Below are positions 8,058 to 14,312 of a DNA stretch of 15,180 bases, in pieces (position 1 is the stretch's first letter; each line of letters starts with the position of its first letter). The position numbers and the translations under genes were made by a program. The notes beneath the pieces were generated by a model. The model saw nothing but the letters and a program-made list of their open reading frames with translations. It made no database searches and was not told where the DNA came from. Source of the stretch: a virus; the UHGV virus genome UHGV-0058267; one strand, 5' to 3'.

Positions 8058-8735
8058 ATGGCTCTTAAAGAAAAATATGCGGACATTTATAGGCGTCTTA
8101 AAGATGAGATCGATGCCTATGAATATTTCATGAAGAATATTAAAAATTTTTTCGAGTCAACTAAAGTAAAAGCTCATGTCCATTCACTTCGTTTTAGGTT
8201 GAAAGATATTGATCATCTTTTAGAGAAAATAGAAAGAAAAAACCATGAGGATGATCAGTTACCTGAAGCAGAGCGAAAAGGTCATATCACAGCTGAAAAT
8301 ATTTTTAACCGTATAACGGATATAGCTGGAATAAGAGTATTACACCTTCATTTAAGTCAAATGGAAGATATACATCGTGCAATTATGAGGGCAGTAGATG
8401 AAGGGGAGTATGCGCTTTTTGAAGAGCCAAAGGCATATACTTGGGATCCTGAGTCCAAAGTTTATTTTGAGAGTTTGGGTCTTAAGCCTCATGTAAAACA
8501 AAGTTTTTATACGAGCATTCATTATGTCCTGAAACCTAATAGAGAAGGGAGTGTTACTTGTTGTGAAGTTCAAGTCAGAACTCTTCTTGAGGAGGTTTGG
8601 GGGGAAATTGATCATACAATGAATTATCCTATCCAGCATGTCGATGAGAACTGCAAAGAACAGATAAAAATTCTTGCTAGACTGATTGGCGCTGGAAGTC
8701 ATTTAGCTGATTCAATTATGAAACGCTATCAATGA
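8058..8735 (+). CDS. Small RelA/SpoT-homologue synthetase-domain protein (toxSAS-like nucleotide pyrophosphokinase)
   Basis: All core SAS motifs are present: R47-L-K49-x9-K (FRLKDIDHLLEKIERK), TD88IAGIR, Y151TSIH155 and E170VQVRTLLEEVWGEIDH. 225 aa with no hydrolase or regulatory domains. The start lies 2 nt after the ATPase stop, with GGAGAAG upstream. Confidence 0.85.
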   Translation: MALKEKYADIYRRLKDEIDAYEYFMKNIKNFFESTKVKAHVHSLRFRLKDIDHLLEKIERKNHEDDQLPEAERKGHITAENIFNRITDIAGIRVLHLHLSQMEDIHRAIMRAVDEGEYALFEEPKAYTWDPESKVYFESLGLKPHVKQSFYTSIHYVLKPNREGSVTCCEVQVRTLLEEVWGEIDHTMNYPIQHVDENCKEQIKILARLIGAGSHLADSIMKRYQ

Positions 8736-8740
8736 AGAAC

Positions 8741-8761
8741 AGGCAGGAATCATACCTGCCT
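8741..8761. terminator. Hairpin between convergent genes; probable bidirectional terminator
   Basis: AGGCAGG-aatcata-CCTGCCT: a 7-bp perfect stem with a 7-nt loop, flanked by A/T-rich sequence. It lies 6 nt after the RSH stop and 6 nt before the portal-remnant stop. Confidence 0.6.
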
Positions 8762-8766
8762 TAATG

Positions 8767-9141
8767 TTAAATAAGTTTGTAGTCTTCAAAGTTTATTATC
8801 GGCTCATCTAACCATTTGTTAATCTCCTCAATTCTCTTTTGAAGAGGTTTAAGTTCGTTCCTAACAAAAACCATACTAGCCTTCTCCACATCCCCAAACC
8901 CCCCAACATTATTAGGCATAATCCCCATCATTTGCGGCGGCACGCGGTGCGCAGCCATCATGTCATCGCGGCTGACATTTTTGATATTCAGAAACTCATC
9001 CTTCGCCGCCACCTCTGACAACGGGATAATCTGAAGCCCGTCCTTTTTGCCGTTAGGCGAGTACATAAATAGGTTGCGGAAGTTACCCAGGGCGGCGGAG
9101 CGATGAGTTCTAACGGGATCGTGGTTGATGCGCATCAGCAT
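8767..9141 (-). pseudogene. Q: 3' fragment (about 124 codons) of the portal gene Q; the N-terminal two thirds are deleted
   Basis: ...SRDDMMAAHRVPPQMMGIMPNNVGGFGDVEKASMVFVRNELKPLQKRIEEINKWL... matches the conserved C-terminal region of P2 gpQ / PBSX-family portals, which are about 340 aa in P2 from memory. Upstream of 9141 the DNA encodes V/W on the other strand. Confidence 0.8.
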
Positions 9142-9186
9142 ACTGGCGTCCTGAAAGGCGGCGATACAACCGGAGGCCCGGTATGA
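9139..9186 (+). pseudogene. V: Last ~15 codons of the baseplate spike gene V (remnant)
   Basis: The frame ending at TGA 9184-9186 reads ...HTGVLKGGDTTGGPV*. It overlaps the W start as ATGA, as V/W do in P2-family phages. Nothing resembling the rest of V lies upstream. Confidence 0.4.
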
Positions 9187-9542
9187 CGCTTTATAGCGGG
9201 ATGAACAATACCAGCGGTAAAGCTATTACTGATATTGACCATCTGCGCCAGTCGGTGCGGGACATTCTGCTGACACCGCAGGGTAGCCGTATTGCCCGCC
9301 GGGAATATGGTTCCCTGCTGTCGGCACTGATAGATCAGCCACAAAATCCGGCATTACGCCTGCAGGTCATGTCGGCAGTGTATGTGGCGCTGAGTCGCTG
9401 GGAGCCACGGTTGACGCTGGATTCCATCACCATCAACAGCAATTTTGACGGTTCAATGGTGGTGGAGCTGACCGGGCGGCGGAATAACGGTGTGCCTGTG
9501 TCCCTTTCCGTATCAACAGGAGCAGAGAATGGCAGTGATTGA
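9183..9542 (+). CDS. W: Baseplate wedge protein gpW (GPW/gp25 family)
   Basis: 119 aa. ...DIDHLRQSVRDILLTPQGSRIARREYGSLLSALIDQPQNPAL... is collinear with P2 gpW. RBS GGAGG at 9172-9176. Confidence 0.9.
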   Translation: MTLYSGMNNTSGKAITDIDHLRQSVRDILLTPQGSRIARREYGSLLSALIDQPQNPALRLQVMSAVYVALSRWEPRLTLDSITINSNFDGSMVVELTGRRNNGVPVSLSVSTGAENGSD

Positions 9543-10437
9543 CCTTTCGCAGTTGCCTGCGCCGCAGATTGTGGATGTGCCGAACTTTGAGACGCTGCTT
9601 GCCGAACGCAAGGCAGAATTTGTGGCGCTTCATCCGAAAGATGAGCAGGAGGCTGTGATCCGCACGCTGGAACTGGAATCTGAACCCGTCACCAAATTGC
9701 TGCAGGAGAACGCTTACCGTGAGTTGCTTCTGCGCCAGCGCATTAACGAAGCCGCGCAGGCGGTGATGGTGGCTTACGCGATGGGCGGCGATCTTGACCA
9801 GCTCGCTGCCAACTACAACGTGACACGCCTGACGGTGACGCCTGCTGATAATGATGCTGTGCCGCCCGTTGCAGCTGTGATGGAAAGCGATGAAGCGTTA
9901 CGCCTGCGTGTGCCTGCAGCCTTTGAGGGGCTTTCAGTTGCGGGGCCAACTGCAGCTTATGAATTTCATGCCCGAAGCGCCGACGGTCGGGTGGCGGATG
10001 CCAGTGCAACCAGCCCGGCACCTGCAGAGGTGGTGCTGACTGTCCTTAGCCGCGAAGGCGATGGAACAGCAGAAAAAGACCTGCTGGATGTGGTGGAGAA
10101 AGCCCTGAACAGTGAGAACGTCCGCCCGGTGGCTGACCGTCTGACGGTTCGCAGTGCAGAAATCATCCCGTACCGCGTGGAAGCTACCATTTTTCTCTAT
10201 CCGGGGCCGGAAGCAGAGCCGGTAATGGCAGCGGCAAAAGCCAGCCTGCAGAAGTACATCGCCAGTCAGACGCGTCTTGGTCGGGATATTCGCCGTAGCG
10301 CCATTTTTGCCGCGCTGCATGTTGAGGGTGTTCAGCGTGTGGAACTGGCTTCCCCGCTGGCGGATGTGGTCCTGAACAAAACGCAGGCGGCATCATGTAC
10401 GGAGTGGAGCGTGACCAACGGGGGAACGGATGAATAG
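9529..10437 (+). CDS. J: Baseplate protein gpJ
   Basis: MAVIDLSQLPAPQIVDVPNFETLLAERKAEFVALHPKDEQEAV... is collinear with the P2 gpJ N-terminus. 302 aa from ATG 9529 (AGGAG at 9518-9522). The track start at 9490 is a GTG inside W. Confidence 0.9.
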   Translation: MAVIDLSQLPAPQIVDVPNFETLLAERKAEFVALHPKDEQEAVIRTLELESEPVTKLLQENAYRELLLRQRINEAAQAVMVAYAMGGDLDQLAANYNVTRLTVTPADNDAVPPVAAVMESDEALRLRVPAAFEGLSVAGPTAAYEFHARSADGRVADASATSPAPAEVVLTVLSREGDGTAEKDLLDVVEKALNSENVRPVADRLTVRSAEIIPYRVEATIFLYPGPEAEPVMAAAKASLQKYIASQTRLGRDIRRSAIFAALHVEGVQRVELASPLADVVLNKTQAASCTEWSVTNGGTDE

Positions 10438-11035
10438 TCTGCTGCCACCGGGTTCAACACCACTGGAGCGCCGACTGGCACAAACCTGCAGCGGGATTTC
10501 TGATCTGCAGGTGCCGCTTCGTGACTTGTGGAATCCGGCAACCTGTCCGGTCAGTTTCCTGCCTTATCTCGCCTGGGCTTTCTCTGTGGATCGCTGGGAC
10601 GAGGGCTGGACAGAAAGCGTCAAACGCCAGGTGGTGAAGGATGCTTTTTATATTCATCAGCATAAAGGGACCACCAGTGCCGTGCGGCGGGTGGTGGAGC
10701 CGTTCGGATTCCTGATCCGCATTATTGAGTGGTGGCAGACCGGAGAAACACCGGGCACGTTTCGCCTGGATATTGGCGTGCAGGACCAGGGCATCACTGA
10801 AGATACCTATCTGGAACTTGAGCGGCTGATAAGCGATGCCAAACCATGCAGCCGTCACATGACTGGCATGTCCATCAATCTGCAGACCAGCGGTCCGCAT
10901 TGGGTAGGGGCTGCCAGCTATCTTGGCGAAGAAATCACGATCTATCCGTATATCAACGAAACGATTATTTCCGGTGGCACCGCGCATGAAGGCGGGGCGG
11001 TCCATGTTATTGACACAATGAGAGTGAATCCATGA
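10430..11035 (+). CDS. I: Baseplate / tail-fibre-attachment protein gpI
   Basis: MNSLLPPGSTPLERRLA...FLPYLAWAFSVDRWDEGW... is the P2 gpI family signature. It overlaps J by 8 nt and H by ATGA. Confidence 0.9.
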   Translation: MNSLLPPGSTPLERRLAQTCSGISDLQVPLRDLWNPATCPVSFLPYLAWAFSVDRWDEGWTESVKRQVVKDAFYIHQHKGTTSAVRRVVEPFGFLIRIIEWWQTGETPGTFRLDIGVQDQGITEDTYLELERLISDAKPCSRHMTGMSINLQTSGPHWVGAASYLGEEITIYPYINETIISGGTAHEGGAVHVIDTMRVNP

Positions 11036-12774
11036 GCACAAAATTTTATACCCTGCTGACGGAGATTGGTGCGGCGAAGCTTGCCAGCGCCACTGCACTT
11101 GGTGTGCCGCTTAAAATTACCCATATGGCGGTGGGGGATGGCGGCGGAGCATTGCCGACGCCGGACGCAAAGCAGACTGCACTGGTAAATGAGAAACGCC
11201 GGGCTGCGCTGAATATGCTTTATATCGACCCGCAGAACAGCAGCCAGATTATTGCCGAACAGGTGATCCCTGAAAACGAGGGCGGTTGGTGGATACGTGA
11301 AGTGGGCCTGTTTGATGAGTCAGGGGCATTGATTGCCGTGGGCAACTGCCCGGAAAGCTATAAGCCGCAACTGGCTGAAGGCAGCGGGCGCACCCAGACC
11401 GTGCGTATAGTGCTGATAACCAGCTGCACGGACAATATCACCCTGAAAATCGATCCTGCCGTCGTGCTGGCAACCCGCAAGTATGTGGATGACAAGGCAC
11501 TGGAGCTGAAGGTGTATGTGGATGATCTGATGGCAAAACACCTTGCCGCACCAGATCCGCATTCACAGTACGCGCCAAAAGCCAGCCCGACATTTACCGG
11601 AACCCCCAAAGCGCCAACGCCAGCGGCAGGGAATAATACCACGCAGGTTGCGACCACCGCGTTTGTACAGGCGGCACTGACGGCTCTTATTAATGGTGCG
11701 CCAGCCACGCTGGACACACTGAAAGAAATAGCCGCAGCCATTAACAATGACCCGAAATTCAGCACCACCATTAACAATGCGCTGGCACTGAAAGCGCCGC
11801 TGTCGAGTCCGGCACTTACCGGAACGCCAACAGCACCTACTGCGGCACAGTCGGTCAACAATACACAGATTGCCACCACGGCTTTTGTGAAATCGGCGAT
11901 TGCAGCAATGGTGGGTTCTGCACCTGCGGCACTGGATACACTGAACGAACTGGCGGCGGCGCTGGGGAATGACCCGAACTTTGCCACGACAATGCTTAAT
12001 GCACTGGCAGGTAAACAACCGCTGGACAATACGCTGACTAATTTGAGTGGAAAGGATGTAGCTGGTCTTCTCACATACCTTGGTTTGGGAGAAGCCAGAT
12101 TCTCTGGTCGTTTGTTAAACACGAATATTTTTAAAAGCTCTGGAAAATATATCCCAACACCAGGGACAAAAAAGATAAGGGTCATTGCCTCTGGTGGCGG
12201 TGGCGGCGGCGGTGGGGTTCCTGAAACAACAGAAAATCAGCAGGCAACAGCCGGAGCTGGATTGAGCGGCGCATTTATTGAAGCATTTTTCGAGGTTGAT
12301 AATGATTTCGAAGTCAACGTTATTATCGGTGCTGCAGGTAAAGGGGGGGGAGCCGGAGGAAATTCAGGTAGTGAAGGTGGCACAACTTATTTCGGTTCCA
12401 TGATAACTGCACCAGGTGGTACAGGCGGTGGCGCGGGGGGAGCATCTGCAAACACATCATATATTCAGGGTATTTCATGGGGTGCCAGTCCGACATCGTC
12501 CGGTACAGTACTAAGAGCATTTCGCTGTAGTGCAAAAACACCAGGAGCAATGGTTATCTCTGTTAAAGCTGTAGCAGGTGGTACCGGGGGGGATACACCA
12601 TTAGGTTCAGGCGGTATAGGTGGTGCAAGTTCTTCATCATTCAGCGGACGTGGTGGTGGTAAAGCTGAGGGCTTTGGTGCTGGCGGAGGCGGAGCCTGCG
12701 CACCTGCTGGAAGTGAGGCTCAATCGGGAGGTGACGGTGCCCCGGGAATAGTTATTGTTGAGGAGTATGCCTGA
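11032..12774 (+). CDS. H: Tail fibre protein gpH. The conserved N-terminal and shaft part is currently joined to a glycine-rich C-terminal domain encoded inside the invertible segment.
   Basis: The N-terminus MSTKFYTLLTEIGAAKLA...WWIREVGLFDESGALIAVGN is P2 H-like. It is followed by two fibre repeats. After the crossover site comes ...YIPTPGTKKIRVIASGGGGGGGG...GGDGAPGIVIVEEYA*, a typical glycine-rich fibre-tip domain. Confidence 0.9.
   Translation: MSTKFYTLLTEIGAAKLASATALGVPLKITHMAVGDGGGALPTPDAKQTALVNEKRRAALNMLYIDPQNSSQIIAEQVIPENEGGWWIREVGLFDESGALIAVGNCPESYKPQLAEGSGRTQTVRIVLITSCTDNITLKIDPAVVLATRKYVDDKALELKVYVDDLMAKHLAAPDPHSQYAPKASPTFTGTPKAPTPAAGNNTTQVATTAFVQAALTALINGAPATLDTLKEIAAAINNDPKFSTTINNALALKAPLSSPALTGTPTAPTAAQSVNNTQIATTAFVKSAIAAMVGSAPAALDTLNELAAALGNDPNFATTMLNALAGKQPLDNTLTNLSGKDVAGLLTYLGLGEARFSGRLLNTNIFKSSGKYIPTPGTKKIRVIASGGGGGGGGVPETTENQQATAGAGLSGAFIEAFFEVDNDFEVNVIIGAAGKGGGAGGNSGSEGGTTYFGSMITAPGGTGGGAGGASANTSYIQGISWGASPTSSGTVLRAFRCSAKTPGAMVISVKAVAGGTGGDTPLGSGGIGGASSSSFSGRGGGKAEGFGAGGGGACAPAGSEAQSGGDGAPGIVIVEEYA
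11584..12024 (+). repeat. Two tandem ~73-aa tail-fibre shaft repeats within H
   Basis: Repeat 1 (11584-11802): SPTFTGTPKAPTPAAGNNTTQVATTAFVQAAL..APATLDTLKEIAAAINNDPKFSTTINNALALKAPL. Repeat 2 (11803-12024): SSPALTGTPTAPTAAQSVNNTQIATTAFVKSAI..APAALDTLNELAAALGNDPNFATTMLNALAGKQPL. Confidence 0.85.
12068..12093. promoter_or_regulatory. Left recombination site (hix/gix/cix type) for the serine invertase, inside H
   Basis: TTCTCACATACC-TT-GGTTTGGGAGAA: two 12-bp half-sites around a 2-bp TT core, matching the TTnTCnnAAACC half-site pattern of Hin/Gin/Cin sites. 12080-12100 is a perfect 21-bp inverted repeat of 13516-13536. Confidence 0.85.
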
Positions 12775-13040
12775 TGAGTAATTTTGCTCTGATTGAACAT
12801 GGCGTGGTGAAAAATATTATTATCTGGGATGGAGAGGGTGATTTATTCTCTAATTGCGAAATTATAAATATTGATCATATAGATGCAGGCGTCGGTTGGT
12901 TCTATTCTGACGGAGAGTTTATAGCACCACCGGAACCGGAAATGACTGAATATGATGTTGGTAACATCGACGCGGTGATGGAAGCAGATACCAGCACCGC
13001 GCCGGGGGTTATCTGGCCAGTTCCACCTGAGATGGTTTAA
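12774..13040 (+). CDS. Small protein downstream of the active fibre tip; putative fibre chaperone or assembly factor
   Basis: 88 aa. The ATG overlaps the H stop (TGATG at 12772-12776). MSNFALIEHGVVKNIIIWDG... resembles small ORFs that I recall following glycine-rich fibre genes. No catalytic motif. Confidence 0.5.
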   Translation: MSNFALIEHGVVKNIIIWDGEGDLFSNCEIINIDHIDAGVGWFYSDGEFIAPPEPEMTEYDVGNIDAVMEADTSTAPGVIWPVPPEMV

Positions 13041-13206
13041 TCTCAATCAGAATGGGTTCGCCATTCTCGTTAACAGATATTTCCATTCCTTCAGGGATTT
13101 CAGATGCAGTAAAAAACCAGTTATCTTCTGGTAATTCCACAGCCCCGGTCACGTCATGAAGACCGGGGATTACTTCAGTCAAAGTAACAGGATTAAACAG
13201 GCGCAC
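13009..13206 (-). CDS. Alternative small fibre accessory gene, silent in the present orientation
   Basis: GTG at 13206 lies 7 nt after GGAGAG (minus strand ...cctGGAGAGtttattGTGcgc) and overlaps the stop of the silent fibre cassette by 14 nt. This gives MRLFNPVTLTEV..., 65 aa. The track start at 13296 would overlap the cassette by 104 nt. Confidence 0.4.
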   Translation of the reverse strand: MRLFNPVTLTEVIPGLHDVTGAVELPEDNWFFTASEIPEGMEISVNENGEPILIEIKPSQVELAR

Positions 13207-13548
13207 AATAAACTCTCCAGGAAAAAGCACTTGTTGATGGTCTTCCGTCGTACATCTGGCAGCGGACATAAAAACCTGTATTACTGACCTGGTCATCCAC
13301 GATCATTGAAACGTGAACGTTATTAGGTGTGGCCTCGTAATCTGTTCTTATTCTTTCCGCTATGCTGATAAAACGTGAAAGCTTAGGTAGTGCAATTGGA
13401 TAAACGACTTTAGCCAGCCCATTATCATTGGAACCACCAGTTCCAAATACTTCTATTGCACCATCTGACCAGCGTATCCATGCACCATTGACATTAGCTC
13501 CTCGCTGAATGACATATCTGGCTTCTCCCAAACCAACGTTTAAGAAAA
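13193..13548 (-). CDS. Silent, promoterless alternative tail-fibre C-terminal cassette (gp53-like tip), expressed only after inversion
   Basis: The minus-strand frame reads ...NVGLGEARYVIQRGANVNGAWIRWSDGAIEVFGTGGSNDNGLAKVVYPIALP...RVYCAPV*. GLGEAR is encoded by the shared inverted repeat, so inversion fuses it in frame to H (...TYLGLGEAR). The upstream MMPVSRNLCIF of the track ORF lies outside the segment and is fortuitous. Confidence 0.75.
13523..13548. promoter_or_regulatory. Right recombination site (hix/gix/cix type)
   Basis: TTCTCCCAAACC-AA-CGTTTAAGAAAA. The inner half-site is the exact reverse complement of the inner half of the left site, and the core AA opposes TT on the left, giving an inverted orientation. 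Confidence 0.85.
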
Positions 13549-13603
13549 TGCAGAGATTACGGCTAACTGGCATCATCTCCGGTTTTTATTCAGGGGGATG
13601 ATC

Positions 13604-14170
13604 ATGCTTATTGGCTATGTACGCGTGTCAACAAATGACCAGAACACCGATTTGCAACGTAATGCACTGAACTGCGCGGGATGTGAGCGGATTTTTGAGG
13701 ACAAAATCAGTGGCACTAAGTCCGACAGACCGGGGCTGAAAAAACTGCTCAGGACACTATCGGCAGGAGACACGCTGGTTGTCTGGAAGCTGGACCGGTT
13801 GGGGCGCAGTATGCGGCATCTTGTTACGCTGATAGAAGAGTTGCGCCAGCGTGGCGTGAATTTCCGAAGCCTGACTGACAGTATTGATACCAGTACCCCA
13901 ATGGGCCGTTTCTTTTTTCATGTCATGGGTGCCCTGGCTGAAATGGAACGCGAACTGATAGTTGAACGTACCAGGGCAGGGCTGGCTGCAGCTCGTGTTA
14001 AAGGCAGAGTAGGTGGACGCCGTCCTAAGTTGACCAGCGAACAGTGGGCACAGATTGGGCGTTTACTCGAGGCCGGAGAATCAAGACAGCGTATTGCACT
14101 GATTTTTGATGTAGGCGTTTCTACCATTTATCGAAAATTTCTGGCAAATAAGAGCAATGAATCTCCCTGA
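13604..14170 (+). CDS. Hin/Gin/Cin/Pin-family serine DNA invertase
   Basis: MLIGYVRVSTNDQNTDLQRNAL... (catalytic Ser in VRVST) followed by ...LVVWKLDRLGRSMRHL...FFFHVMGALAEMERELIVERT... and a C-terminal HTH (VSTIYRKF). ATG at 13604 lies 6 nt after AGGGGG. The track start at 13598 abuts the RBS. Confidence 0.92.
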   Translation: MLIGYVRVSTNDQNTDLQRNALNCAGCERIFEDKISGTKSDRPGLKKLLRTLSAGDTLVVWKLDRLGRSMRHLVTLIEELRQRGVNFRSLTDSIDTSTPMGRFFFHVMGALAEMERELIVERTRAGLAAARVKGRVGGRRPKLTSEQWAQIGRLLEAGESRQRIALIFDVGVSTIYRKFLANKSNESP

Positions 14171-14218
14171 ATCAGCTTTATTTTGATTATCCCTGAAAGC
14201 AGACAAATACCGTCATTT

Positions 14219-14236
14219 TGTGTGAATAACGGTACA
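14219..14236 (+). promoter_or_regulatory. Candidate Ogr/Delta-type activator site of the P2 late promoter PF
   Basis: TGT(14219-14221)-N12-ACA(14234-14236), the TGT-N12-ACA dyad of P2-family late promoters. It is centred ~85 nt upstream of the FI ATG, which is compatible with a -55 position and a short leader. Confidence 0.5.
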
Positions 14237-14312
14237 ACTGCGCTTAGCTGTTTGTCAGGCACAATCACTTCAACATAGGGCGAAGCCTAATCCAATCAGG
14301 AGGTTCGCCACT

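Larger units (their letters stand above)
12068..13548. other. Invertible DNA segment (G/C-segment type) carrying two alternative tail-fibre C-terminal cassettes and their small accessory genes
   Basis: It is bounded by inverted 26-bp sites with opposite core dinucleotides (TT and AA). Convergent coding occupies the two halves, and the invertase gene lies immediately outside the right end. Confidence 0.8.

Noticed and set aside
8352-8702. 116-aa minus-strand ORF opposite the RSH gene
   Set aside because: It is an antisense shadow in AT-rich DNA. The plus-strand frame carries the complete set of RelA/SpoT motifs.
10454-11098. 214-aa minus-strand ORF opposite gpI
   Set aside because: It is antisense to a conserved baseplate gene, spans the I/H junction and has no independent signals.
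11358-12185. 275-aa minus-strand ORF (and 11563-12018, 151 aa) opposite the tail-fibre gene H
   Set aside because: The Ala/Ser-rich, low-complexity product is the mirror image of the Ala/Thr-rich fibre repeats. H on the plus strand has clear homology and translational coupling.
12190-12720. Repetitive GGN-rich DNA considered as a tandem-repeat or CRISPR-like array
   Set aside because: There is no repeat-spacer periodicity. The region is in frame within H and encodes a recognisable glycine-rich fibre-tip domain.
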